Assembly (NCBI GenBank): GCA_043825875.1
Contig: JBDRRF010000114.1
Location: forward strand, 1-35,868
Reading direction: 5' to 3'
DNA from: Pseudomonadota bacterium
Lineage (GTDB): Bacteria > Desulfobacterota > Desulfobacteria > Desulfobacterales > RPRI01
Length of the DNA: 35,868 nt
Shown here one piece after another: positions 18,833 to 28,759 of this stretch. The notes beneath the pieces were generated by a model, which saw only the letters and a list, made by a program, of their open reading frames with translations, was not told the DNA's origin and made no database searches. Within the stretch, counting starts at the first letter, position 1, and each line of letters opens with the position of its first letter. The position numbers and the translations under genes were made by a program.

Positions 18833-19996
18833 ATGATTGCATATTTTGACTGTTTTTCGGGGATAAGCGGAGATATGACTCTGGCAGCTTTTATTGATCT
18901 TGGCGTACCGGTTGATTGGCTTATAGAACATATTAAAAATATACCCCTAAATGATTTTGATTTGTCTGTATCAAGTATTTCTAAAAACGGAATCAGTGCA
19001 AAGCAAATTGAAGTTAAAATTGCCAAATCTGGCACATCAAGAAATTATTCCCAGATTTTGTCTCTTCTTTCAGAAAGCTCGCTTTCAGCCGATGTTAAAG
19101 AAATGAGTATATCTGTTTTTGAAGTAATTGCCGAAGCTGAAGCTATGATACATGCATGTCCGAAAGGAAAAGTGCATTTTCATGAATTGGGCGGTGTTGA
19201 TTCAATCGTTGATATTGTAGGAACGGCCCTTTGCATTAACTACCTTGGAATAACAAAGTTATATTCATCAAAAATTCCTATAAGCTCAGGCTTTGTAAAC
19301 TGCCAGCATGGCACAATTCCGGTTCCGCCTCCTGCCGTGTTATCAATATTAAAAGATGTCCCTGTATATGGTGTTGATATAAAAAAGGAGATTGTCACAC
19401 CAACCGGTGCCGCTATCGTTAAAGCCCTTTGCCAATCATTCGGAACATTTCCCGACATGATTGTAGATAAAACAGGCTATGGAGCTGGCAAATATGATCT
19501 TGAACATATTCCAAATCTTTTAAGAATAATAACAGGCAGGGACAATGTTAATGAAATCTGTCAACAGGATATTGTAGTGCAGATAGAAACCTGCATTGAT
19601 GACATGAATCCTGAAATCTTCGGATTTCTAATGGATCGCCTGTTTGAAGACGGAGTCCTTGATGTTTACTGGTCACCTGTTTACATGAAAAAAAACAGAC
19701 CCGGAACAAAGCTATATGTTATTTGCAGCCAATATATTAAGGATGCCATTATTGACCGGATTTTATCCGAAACTACTACAACAGGTGTCAGATATCACGA
19801 ACTCCAAAGGAAAAAGCTACCAAGAAGACAGGCTGAAATTAAAACAAGCTATGGAATGGTTTCGGTAAAATGCATCACCAATCCGGACGGGACAAAGCGT
19901 TTTACACCCGAATATGAAGTTTGTAAAAAAATAGCTCTTGAGAAAAAGATACCTCTTAAAAATGTTTATGAGAATATCTTAAAAGAGTTATCATGA
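18833..19996 (+). CDS. larC: Nickel-pincer cofactor nickel insertase LarC family
   Basis: MIAYFDCFSGISGDM, VHFHELGGVDSIVDIVG, CQHGTIPVP, TPTGAA, IDDMNPE, MKKNRPG, ETTTTGVR, PEYE. Confidence 0.93.
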   Translation: MIAYFDCFSGISGDMTLAAFIDLGVPVDWLIEHIKNIPLNDFDLSVSSISKNGISAKQIEVKIAKSGTSRNYSQILSLLSESSLSADVKEMSISVFEVIAEAEAMIHACPKGKVHFHELGGVDSIVDIVGTALCINYLGITKLYSSKIPISSGFVNCQHGTIPVPPPAVLSILKDVPVYGVDIKKEIVTPTGAAIVKALCQSFGTFPDMIVDKTGYGAGKYDLEHIPNLLRIITGRDNVNEICQQDIVVQIETCIDDMNPEIFGFLMDRLFEDGVLDVYWSPVYMKKNRPGTKLYVICSQYIKDAIIDRILSETTTTGVRYHELQRKKLPRRQAEIKTSYGMVSVKCITNPDGTKRFTPEYEVCKKIALEKKIPLKNVYENILKELS

Positions 19997-21285
19997 AACA
20001 TAATCCTCATGTAGTTATATTGGGGGCAGGCTTTGCAGGATTATGGGCTGTGCGGACTTTATCCGGAAAAAATGTAGAAGTCACTTTGATTGATAAAAAC
20101 AACTATCATACATTTCTGCCGCTTCTTTATCAGGTGGGCGCTGCAGAAATCTCACCGGAAGATATAGCATATCCTGTGCGATCACTTCTTAGAAAATATT
20201 CAAATGTCAAATATCTAAGGTCGGAAGTAAGAGATCTTAACCTTGATTCAAAAACCCTGATAGCAAATGGCAAAAAAATAAGCTTTGACTACTGCATCAT
20301 TGCTACAGGCAGTACAACGAATTATTTTGAGATACCGGGAGCAGAATCAATTTGCTTCAAGTTAAAAACATTAGATGATGGTATTGTAATCAGAAATCAT
20401 ATACTCACCTGCTTTGAAAGAGCTGCGTTTTGCACGGAAGCTGCTCGTCAAAACAGCTTGCTGACATTTACAATAGTTGGAGGAGGCCCAACCGGCGTAG
20501 AATTTGCCGGAGCGCTTGCAGAATTGCTATACGGGCCTATGCGAAAAGACTACCCGAAATACGATATTGATAAAGCACGCATAGTATTAATAGAATCTTC
20601 AAACAGGATCTTAGGTATGCTGCCTGATTCCCTGGGATCATATACACTTAAAAAGCTGCAAAAGCTTGGTGTTGAAGTCATGCTGGAAACATCCGTTGAA
20701 AAAATCTCACCGGCAGGTGTTGAAATCAAGCAAGGAGTAACTATAGAATCCGAAACTATAATATGGTGCGCAGGTGTGAAGGGACCTGCTGAAGCAACCG
20801 GCTGGCTTGTTCCGCTTGCAAAAGATGGAAGGATAACGGTTTGTAAAGATCTAAGAATTAAAGATTATGAAAATGTTTATGCAGCCGGAGATGCCGTATG
20901 GTTTGAGTTTAAAGGAAAACCTTTACCTCAGACAGCACCTGTGGCAATTCAGCAGGGAATAACTGCTGCTAAAAATATCTTGAAGCAAATAGGAGAAGCT
21001 CAAACTCTACCTTTTATATTTGTCGATAAGGGCACCATGGTCACAATCGGCAGAAACTCTGCTGTTGCAAGTTTTGCCGGCATGAAGTTTAAAGGTTTTT
21101 TTGCCTGGCTTATATGGCTGATTATTCATTTGATGAATCTTATCGGATTCAGAAATAAAATAATAGTACTTATTAACTGGTCGATTGATTATTTTTTATT
21201 CGAAAGGGCTGTCCGGCTTATTCTTCCTTCATGCTGCAACGAACCCGGATTTGTTTCATGTCTTAGACGGAAACGTAATAAATAG
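19993..21285 (+). CDS. ndh: Type II NADH:quinone oxidoreductase family FAD-dependent enzyme
   Basis: GAGFAG, FLPLLYQV, IVGGGPTGVEFAG, AAGD, DKGTMVTIGR, FFAWLIWL..GFRNK; ATGA overlap with larC. Confidence 0.88.
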   Translation: MKHNPHVVILGAGFAGLWAVRTLSGKNVEVTLIDKNNYHTFLPLLYQVGAAEISPEDIAYPVRSLLRKYSNVKYLRSEVRDLNLDSKTLIANGKKISFDYCIIATGSTTNYFEIPGAESICFKLKTLDDGIVIRNHILTCFERAAFCTEAARQNSLLTFTIVGGGPTGVEFAGALAELLYGPMRKDYPKYDIDKARIVLIESSNRILGMLPDSLGSYTLKKLQKLGVEVMLETSVEKISPAGVEIKQGVTIESETIIWCAGVKGPAEATGWLVPLAKDGRITVCKDLRIKDYENVYAAGDAVWFEFKGKPLPQTAPVAIQQGITAAKNILKQIGEAQTLPFIFVDKGTMVTIGRNSAVASFAGMKFKGFFAWLIWLIIHLMNLIGFRNKIIVLINWSIDYFLFERAVRLILPSCCNEPGFVSCLRRKRNK

Positions 21286-21298
21286 TCATATATGTTTT

Positions 21299-21745
21299 TT
21301 ATTCGTCCCACAGCTTGTGAACCATATCAATTACAGTATTTTTCTGCGTTTCTGTGAGGGGGCAAAATGGTGAATTATCAAAGGTTGTTTCCCTGTTTTC
21401 AACTATCAGAACCATTGCATCCCTGCTTAATGTATGCGTATGCCAAGCTGATTTTTTTACATTGTAAATTTTAAATGGCTGCATATTTTCAGCATGAATA
21501 TGCGTAACTGTTTTACTTCCATCACCAATAAAAAGAATACAGCGTCCGCGCAAAAGTACAAAAACCTCGTCTGTTTCATCATGACGCTGCATAGCAGCGA
21601 GGTTTTGCGGCAGGAGATCGTCGCTGAAATTTAATATGGCAACACGCCATGCGCCATAATCTACAACAGGCCTGTAACCTTCTTTCGTATAATCGCAAAT
21701 ATCTAAAAGTTTTTCATGCCAGGCTTTGCTATTTCCGTTGTTCAT
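21299..21745 (-). CDS. Cupin-fold hypothetical protein
   Basis: RHDETDEVFVLLRG and YNVKKSAWHTH resemble the two cupin motifs. Confidence 0.65.
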   Translation of the reverse strand: MNNGNSKAWHEKLLDICDYTKEGYRPVVDYGAWRVAILNFSDDLLPQNLAAMQRHDETDEVFVLLRGRCILFIGDGSKTVTHIHAENMQPFKIYNVKKSAWHTHTLSRDAMVLIVENRETTFDNSPFCPLTETQKNTVIDMVHKLWDE

Positions 21746-22029
21746 TATTTTTTTTCACCGTGGTTTTTATTAATGGACTCATAATATTTCAAAAACGGCA
21801 TTTTCTGCAAAAAAATAGTTTATTGACAATCTTTCTTATTATTTTATATAGGTTATTCTTTGATAAATTATTTATATATTATTTCCCATAATATTTGGAT
21901 ATAATTATATTGAACGATGTTTATAACATACCGCTGTTAAAATCATTGTCAATGTACAAAATGCTAATATAAGAAAAATATTTGTAGTTTTTATAATTGG
22001 TTTGGAGAGCGCGCAAAAGCTGAACTATG

Positions 22030-22044
22030 GAGCCAGTTTCAAAA
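22030..22044 (+). repeat. Solo MITE terminal sequence
   Basis: GAGCCAGTTTCAAAA, identical to the first 15 bp of MITE copy 3. Confidence 0.55.
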
Positions 22045-22094
22045 AAGCAGGGGACCGGACCGGGGATTTATTGGTTTTAGCAGGGAATTAAAAA

Positions 22095-23798
22095 ATGACT
22101 GAGGAAAACTTAAACTTACAACAAAAATGCTCCGATCTTGAAAGACAATTGGAAGAAATTAAGAAGGAATCTTTATACTACAAGAAACTATCTGAAGAAA
22201 CCGGCAAAAACCACCTAAGAGAAATAGATGAGCTCTCAAAACTTATTGAAGCCTATAAAGAATCTAAACAGATATTACAGGAAAGCGAAGAAAAATACAA
22301 ATCTCTTATAGAATTGAGCCCTGATCCAATTGCTATTATACAAAATGAACAGCACCAATTAATAAATCCGGCATTTACAAAGCTTTTCGGGTTTACGCAG
22401 CTGGATATAGATCAAGGGATAAATATATTTGATAATATTTGTGAGGAAGACAAAGCCGAAGCAAAAAAACAGTTGTCTGATTTAATCTCCGGTAAAACGA
22501 AAAAGTCACAAAAGCCTGTTTTTAATTATACGACTAAAGATGGGTCAATAATAATCTGTGAGACATCTTCTTCTATAGTAAATTTCAATGGAAATCCGGC
22601 TGTGATGTCATTTGTCCGAGATATTACAGAAATAGAAAAAGCCCGTGAAGAAAAAGCAATCCTTCAAAGAAAGCTCAGAGAGTCAAGAAAAACTGAAACC
22701 ATTGCAACCCTTGCAGGAGGCATTGCACATGAGTTTAATAATGCATTATTTACAGTTTCAGGTAGTTTAGAACTTTTGCAGATGATTTTGCCTGATAAAG
22801 AAAATTATAGCAAATATACTGAAACAATAGCAAATTCTGTTCGACGTATGGCAAGCTTAACCGAGAAACTGTTAGCCTATGCACAAGGCGGAAAATATCA
22901 GGCAAAACTTATATCTTTATGCAACTATATAGAAGAAACACTCACCTTTATAAAATCTTCGATCAATAAGTCTATCAAAATTGAAACAAACTTACCTAAA
23001 GATATACCTGAAATAATGGCTGATATTACCCAAATGCAACTGGTGATATCGGCCATTATGACAAATTCATCTGAAGCCATTGAAGATGAAGGCTGTATCA
23101 GGATCAGTGTTAAAGAAGTAAAAATAGATAAAAAATATATAAAAAAATACCCGCATGCTAAAGCCGGCAATCGTGTTTGCCTGACAATAGAAGATGATGG
23201 GAAAGGAATGGATGAGGAAGTTCTAAATAGAATATTTGATCCTTTTTTTTCGACAAAGTTTCAGGGCCGCGGGCTTGGAATGGCGGCAGTATATGGAATT
23301 ATAAGAAATCATAACGGATGGTTGGCGGTTGATTCAAAGTCAGGAAAAGGAACAACGGTTCGTATTTATCTGCCGGTTGCTCAAAATCATATAAAGCAAA
23401 CCGAACTACCTGAGGCAACAGTACAGTCCGGCACCGGTACTATACTCATAGTTGAAGATGAAAAACCGGTTATATTATTATATAAGCAAATGTTGCAAAA
23501 ACTTGGCTACAAAACAATAGAAGCCGAAACTGGTGGTGAAGCTATTGATATTATTAGCCAAAAGAAAGAAAATATCAGTTTGGTACTGCTTGATATAAGA
23601 TTGCAGGATATGACGGGCAGCACTGTCTTTTCAATAATAAAAAAAATAAACCCGGAGCAGAAAGTTGTAGTATGCAGTGGTTATTCGATTGATGGTCCGG
23701 TTCAAAGAATTCTTGATGATGGTGCTAACGGATTTTTACAGAAGCCTTTTTCCTTTGCAATGCTATCTGAAAAAATTAAAGAGGTACTGGCTGAATGA
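22095..23798 (+). CDS. Cytoplasmic PAS hybrid histidine kinase (coiled coil-PAS-HisKA-HATPase-REC)
   Basis: PAS (ELSPDPI..NPAF..RDITE), H-box GGIAHEFNN, DDGKGM, FFSTK, GRGLG, receiver (IVEDE, LLDI, KPF); no TM segment. Confidence 0.92.
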   Translation: MTEENLNLQQKCSDLERQLEEIKKESLYYKKLSEETGKNHLREIDELSKLIEAYKESKQILQESEEKYKSLIELSPDPIAIIQNEQHQLINPAFTKLFGFTQLDIDQGINIFDNICEEDKAEAKKQLSDLISGKTKKSQKPVFNYTTKDGSIIICETSSSIVNFNGNPAVMSFVRDITEIEKAREEKAILQRKLRESRKTETIATLAGGIAHEFNNALFTVSGSLELLQMILPDKENYSKYTETIANSVRRMASLTEKLLAYAQGGKYQAKLISLCNYIEETLTFIKSSINKSIKIETNLPKDIPEIMADITQMQLVISAIMTNSSEAIEDEGCIRISVKEVKIDKKYIKKYPHAKAGNRVCLTIEDDGKGMDEEVLNRIFDPFFSTKFQGRGLGMAAVYGIIRNHNGWLAVDSKSGKGTTVRIYLPVAQNHIKQTELPEATVQSGTGTILIVEDEKPVILLYKQMLQKLGYKTIEAETGGEAIDIISQKKENISLVLLDIRLQDMTGSTVFSIIKKINPEQKVVVCSGYSIDGPVQRILDDGANGFLQKPFSFAMLSEKIKEVLAE

Positions 23799-23812
23799 TG
23801 ATTAAGTAAAGA

Positions 23813-23955
23813 GAGCCAGTTTCAAAACGTCCCATTTTGGCCGATCTTAAGCGTTGGGTGAAAATTTTAATCCTCGAAATACTCTATATATTCCTGCGGT
23901 TAAAATTTTCCCCCGCCTTGAGCTTGACCAAACTGAAACGTTTTGAAAGTGGCTC
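23813..23955 (+). mobile_element. MITE copy 3 (143 bp), 4-bp TSD AAGA
   Basis: AAGA-GAGCCAGTTTCAAAACG...CGTTTTGAAAGTGGCTC-AAGA; 17-bp TIR with one mismatch. Confidence 0.88.
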
Positions 23956-24252
23956 AAGAGTTTCATGAATTTGGTTACGTATTTGTTATTTCGAACATAG
24001 TGAGAAATCTTATTTGAAAGGCCTTATAGGATATCAAAGTGAACTTTTATAAAGCTTCTGGCCAAATATTCTAAATCTCCCACTGTTTTTTCTGCCCTCC
24101 GTCAGGAAAGCCAATCAGGCATATTTATGATATTTAGCATATTGTGCCGTATGCAATACAGCAATTACCGATATATCATGAGAATATTTTTTTATGCGTA
24201 GAAGCTTTCATATGAATATATCTATCTTGCTGATATGATTAGTATTGAAATA

Positions 24253-24270
24253 TTGGCATGATTTAAGCAT
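24253..24270 (+). promoter_or_regulatory. Putative sigma-54 (-24/-12) promoter
   Basis: TTGGCATGATTTAAGCAT: GG-N10-GC spacing, about 180 bp upstream of the TolC gene; -12 half deviates from TTGC. Confidence 0.55.
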
Positions 24271-24449
24271 TGTTACTGTTAATATTCTCTTTAACCTATT
24301 GCCGTCTGATTATTTGTGGTCTTTAAAAAATATCTGACCTTAAAATGACAGCTTTGCCGCTGCAAATGTCCCATCTGCCACGGCTCGGCTTTAGATGGAT
24401 ATTATGTTAAACTATCAGAAAGATATAAAAGTCTATAGAGGGAGGGAAC

Positions 24450-25718
24450 ATGCTCAGGATTAGCTATTTGACTGTCATTTTGCTGCTTTTATGGAGCTGT
24501 TTCGCATCCGCTGCAGATCTTACCCTGAAGGAATGTTTTAAAAGGGCTGCACAAATGAATCCTGCTCTTATGGTGGCAGCCCACAATAAAAATTTAGCCA
24601 AAGAAGATGTAAGCATCGCCAGAAGCGGTTATCTTCCCCGACTTGATATGCAGGGGGGGTACACATTTCAGGATGACCCCCAGGCGTTTAAAGCTCTTGG
24701 CGGTTCTTTTGAAATTCAGGAAAAAGATTACAGCTCATTAAATCTGGTGCTGAACCAGACCATCTATGATTTCGGCAAAACATCTTCTATATATAATAAA
24801 TCAAAAGCAATGGAAAAAGCCGCCGGATTCGATTACAAAGGAAAGGAGCAGGATGTATTTCTTCAGGTGGTAAAAGCATATTATGGAATACTGGAAGCAA
24901 AAAAAATATTGAAATCAGCAGATGAAGAAGTACTACAGATAACACAGCATCTTCAAATATCCAAAGATTTTTATGAACAGGGCATTTCAACTTTAAACGA
25001 TTTTCTTCAGGCTGAAGTCAAGCTTGCGGCAAGCATACAACAGCAGCTTGCCGCAGCAAACAGATTAGAAAACAGATGGCTTTATTTAAATTATCTTATA
25101 AATCAGGTCCCATCATACAGACCTGAATTGGAAGACAGATTGGAACACATAGAAGATCTGCCTGCTCAAGGTATTGAAAAAGCAGTTGATACAAGACAGG
25201 AAATAAAAGCGATGAAAGAGATTGTAGCTGCGAGTAAATATGAGGTGCAAGACAGCAGAAGTAATTATGCCCCTCAAGTATTTATGAGGCTAGGATTTGA
25301 CTATACGGAAAATGACAAAGCCAGGGAACAGTCGATTGCAATGGCTATGATCGGCTTGAAGATGAATATCTTCGACGGTTGGGCAACAACTTCCGGCTAC
25401 CGGCGGGCTGTTGAGCAAAAAGTTCAAAACCAAAAGAAACTTCGCCTGTTAACAGAACAAATCAAATTAGAATACCGTACCGCCGCAAACGACGCAATGA
25501 TAGCCAAAGAACGAATCAAGGCTACGGAAAAAGCTATTGAACAAGGAGAAGAAAATCTTCGTATCACAAAAAACCGTTACCAGGAGCTTGTGGGTACGGC
25601 TACTGAGGTGATTGATGCTCAAACACTTCTGACCCAGGTAAGAACGGATAATTATCGTGCTAAATTTGATTACCAGGTAGCTATTGCAAGAGTTAAAAGA
25701 GCAATGGGAGAGCTTTAA
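24450..25718 (+). CDS. TolC-family outer membrane efflux protein
   Basis: Signal peptide (ASA/AD), ARSGYLPRLD, QTIYDFG, two OEP-like repeats, RYQELVGTATEVIDAQ; GGAGG RBS. Confidence 0.92.
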   Translation: MLRISYLTVILLLLWSCFASAADLTLKECFKRAAQMNPALMVAAHNKNLAKEDVSIARSGYLPRLDMQGGYTFQDDPQAFKALGGSFEIQEKDYSSLNLVLNQTIYDFGKTSSIYNKSKAMEKAAGFDYKGKEQDVFLQVVKAYYGILEAKKILKSADEEVLQITQHLQISKDFYEQGISTLNDFLQAEVKLAASIQQQLAAANRLENRWLYLNYLINQVPSYRPELEDRLEHIEDLPAQGIEKAVDTRQEIKAMKEIVAASKYEVQDSRSNYAPQVFMRLGFDYTENDKAREQSIAMAMIGLKMNIFDGWATTSGYRRAVEQKVQNQKKLRLLTEQIKLEYRTAANDAMIAKERIKATEKAIEQGEENLRITKNRYQELVGTATEVIDAQTLLTQVRTDNYRAKFDYQVAIARVKRAMGEL

Positions 25719-25731
25719 ATTATCGTGCTAA

Positions 25732-26856
25732 ATGAGGAGGCCGGCAATGGGAGAAGGTAAAGTGAAAATATCGGGACGGAAGCTTATATTGCCTGCGGTC
25801 ATTTTCTTCTTTATTATAGGAATTGTTGCGATATATATGTCTGTTATCAGTGAAGGAAAGGTTCCCAAAGGCTTTCTGCGTTTGCACGGTTGGGTTGAAG
25901 GCACGGAGGTTAGGTTAAGTTCCAAGGTCAGGGGGCAGGTAATCCAGCTACAGGCCGAGGAAGGGTCGGAAGTGCATTCCGGTCAGCTTATTGCAAAGAT
26001 CGATGCGGAACAGATAAAGGCACAGATTGCCAATGCGGACGCTGAAGTAGCGAAGGCACAGGAAGCGTTGCGGAGGGCCGGTGATGATATTATGGTTTTG
26101 GAAAGCAGGATCAGCGGGGCAAAAATTGCTTTAGAACTTGTTAAAAAGCAATCTGCCGCCATGATTGAACTGGCTGAAGCGGAATTCGAAAAAGCTGAAA
26201 AGGACTATAATCGTTTCTTATCGCTGGCCGAAAAAAAGTCGATAGCTCAAAACAGGATGGATGATATTAAAAAAAAATATTTTGTATCAAAGGCAGGTCT
26301 GTCTCTGGCAAAGTCTTCTCTAACAGATATCATGCTTAAAGAAAATAATGTGTTTACTCTGGGAAGAGAACTTGACACCGCAAAAAGGGCCGAGAATATG
26401 TCTGGATCAACTTTAAACGGTGTCTTGGCCAAAAAAAAAGAGATAGAAACCCTGCTTGATGATACGTATGTCTATAGTCCGGTAAAAGGCACGGTGATCG
26501 ACAAGGCGATTGAACTAGGCGAAAATGTGGTGCCAGGAACACCCTTGGTGGTTGTGGTTGATCTTAAAAATCTCTATGTCAAAACATATGTCCAACAAAG
26601 CGATATTGGCAAAATCAAGCTGGGTGATGAAGCGCGCATATCCGTTGATTCCTTTCCGGACAAACACTTTCCCGGTAAGGTTATCCTTGTAGCTCCCAAA
26701 GCGGAATTTACACCAAGAGACGTTCAAATGAATGAAAACCGTTCCACTATGGTTTACAAGATAAAAGTCGATATTTCCAATCCCCAGGGTATTCTCAAAC
26801 CGGGCATGCCGGCTGATGTAGACTTAAGGTGGGATAAGAACCGTCCATGGAATTAA
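25732..26856 (+). CDS. HlyD-family periplasmic adaptor (YbhG-like)
   Basis: N-terminal TM, SSKVRG lipoyl half, coiled coil, SPVKG, AEFTPRDVQ, LKPGMPADV. Confidence 0.92.
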   Translation: MRRPAMGEGKVKISGRKLILPAVIFFFIIGIVAIYMSVISEGKVPKGFLRLHGWVEGTEVRLSSKVRGQVIQLQAEEGSEVHSGQLIAKIDAEQIKAQIANADAEVAKAQEALRRAGDDIMVLESRISGAKIALELVKKQSAAMIELAEAEFEKAEKDYNRFLSLAEKKSIAQNRMDDIKKKYFVSKAGLSLAKSSLTDIMLKENNVFTLGRELDTAKRAENMSGSTLNGVLAKKKEIETLLDDTYVYSPVKGTVIDKAIELGENVVPGTPLVVVVDLKNLYVKTYVQQSDIGKIKLGDEARISVDSFPDKHFPGKVILVAPKAEFTPRDVQMNENRSTMVYKIKVDISNPQGILKPGMPADVDLRWDKNRPWN

Positions 26857-28757
26857 CAGGGTTAAAAGACTATGCCGTGCTGGTTGAGTCTTTAACAAAG
26901 AAATTCGGCCGGGTCACAGCGGTTGATGATCTTAATCTGAAAGTTAAGCGTGGGGAGATATTCGGTCTTTTAGGTTCAGACGGTGCAGGCAAAACCACAA
27001 CTTTGCAGATGCTTTGCGGAATCCTGGCACCGAGCGCAGGCCTTATGTTCGTGGATAATTTCAACGTAGAAGTGGAACCTGATGGGGTTCGTTCCGTTAT
27101 TGGGTATATGTCCCAGGATTTTACCCTCTATCTTGATATGACGGTTGAGGAAAATATCGATTTCATGGCGGATCTGCGCGGTGTACCCGAAGCCGACCGG
27201 CAGCGCCAGAAGGAGCGGCTGCTTCTCTTTTCCCGTATGGAGCCGTTTAGGCATCGCCGGGCGGCCGAATTATCAGGAGGAATGAAAAAGAAGCTGGCGT
27301 TAAGCTGTGCCCTGATCCACCTTCCTTCGGTGTTGATCCTTGATGAACCGACCACGGCTGTTGACCCTCTGTCCCGTACCGAACTCTGGAAGATACTTTA
27401 TGAATTCATCGACCAGGGCATTACTGTAATTATTTCTACGCCTTATATGGATGAAGCTGAGCGTTGCCACCGGGTTGCCCTGATGCAGGAAGGTAAGGTG
27501 ATTGCCTGCGATACTCCTGCAAATCTGAAGAAACAGATTAAACGGAAGGTCTGCACCATTAAGACGGACATGATAAACCGGGCTTGCCGTGTATTAAGAG
27601 ACGAATTGTCAACACCGGTTCAGATATATGGTGATTGTATCCGTTTGTTTCTTGATACGCCGGAAAAGGACTTGGCGATTATCGAGGCTGGCCTTATTGC
27701 GCGCGGGATCATGGTCGAGGATTATTCCGAAACAACACCCACCATGGACGATGTTTTTGTCTCATTGCTGCAGGAGCAAGATAGGCAAAGGTCTAAAAAA
27801 GACTGGGTGCCATTTGCTTGTCCTGTGGGTAGTGGCAGTTCCATTGCGGTTTTTTCTCTTATAAAAAAATTTGGTAATTTTACCGCAGTAAACGATGTAA
27901 GTTTCGAGGTGGCAAGGGGCACAGTTTTTGGTCTTCTGGGTCCTAACGGTGCCGGGAAAACAACCGTGATCAAGATTCTATGCGGATTGACACCTCCTAC
28001 TTCCGGCAGGGCAGAAGTAGGGGGTTTTGATATTGCTACTAACCCGCGCCAGGTGAAAAAGAGCATAGGATACATGTCACAGCTCTTTTCTCTCTATCCT
28101 GATCTTACGGTAGGTCAGAATCTGGATTTTTATGGAAGTGTTTATGGATTGGGCGGAAAGGAAAAAAGAAAAAAGAAAGATTGGGTTGTTGATTTTGCAG
28201 GCCTGCAGGGAAAGGAGAAATACCTGACAAGAGAGTTGGCAGGTGGCTGGAAACAAAAGCTTGCCCTGGGCTGTGCAATTATGCACCAACCGGCGGTGCT
28301 ATTTTTGGATGAACCGACTTCAGGGGTGGATCCGATAGCCCGCCTGGAATTCTGGGATATAATTTATAGACTTTCGGAAGAAGGAATAACCACAATCGTG
28401 ACTACCCATTTCATGGATGAGGCAGAACGTTGTAATATTATAGGCTTGATGAACGGAGGAAATCTCGTGGCGCTGGGTACTCCACATCAATTAAAGCAAG
28501 GCCTGGCCGTCGATTTTTATGAAATAGAGGCCCCGCCCCCGGTTCTGGAATCAAGCCGGCGGCTGGCTGAGCTTGCATTCGTACGCCAGACCACCTTGTT
28601 TGGAGACAAGATTCATATTCTGACGGATAAGCAAGATAATGAGCTTAGTCTGGAGCATCTGCTGGCGGCAGGGATAATGGTAGAAAAGATAAACAGGATA
28701 CAACCTTCTATGGAAGATGTTTTTATCTATCATGTGCTGGATGACAGGGAGCAATAA
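26847..28757 (+). CDS. ABC transporter ATP-binding protein with two NBDs (YbhF-like)
   Basis: GSDGAGKTT/LSGGM/LDEPT and GPNGAGKTT/LAGGW/LDEPT. Confidence 0.93.
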   Translation: MELTGLKDYAVLVESLTKKFGRVTAVDDLNLKVKRGEIFGLLGSDGAGKTTTLQMLCGILAPSAGLMFVDNFNVEVEPDGVRSVIGYMSQDFTLYLDMTVEENIDFMADLRGVPEADRQRQKERLLLFSRMEPFRHRRAAELSGGMKKKLALSCALIHLPSVLILDEPTTAVDPLSRTELWKILYEFIDQGITVIISTPYMDEAERCHRVALMQEGKVIACDTPANLKKQIKRKVCTIKTDMINRACRVLRDELSTPVQIYGDCIRLFLDTPEKDLAIIEAGLIARGIMVEDYSETTPTMDDVFVSLLQEQDRQRSKKDWVPFACPVGSGSSIAVFSLIKKFGNFTAVNDVSFEVARGTVFGLLGPNGAGKTTVIKILCGLTPPTSGRAEVGGFDIATNPRQVKKSIGYMSQLFSLYPDLTVGQNLDFYGSVYGLGGKEKRKKKDWVVDFAGLQGKEKYLTRELAGGWKQKLALGCAIMHQPAVLFLDEPTSGVDPIARLEFWDIIYRLSEEGITTIVTTHFMDEAERCNIIGLMNGGNLVALGTPHQLKQGLAVDFYEIEAPPPVLESSRRLAELAFVRQTTLFGDKIHILTDKQDNELSLEHLLAAGIMVEKINRIQPSMEDVFIYHVLDDREQ

Positions 28758-28759
28758 CA

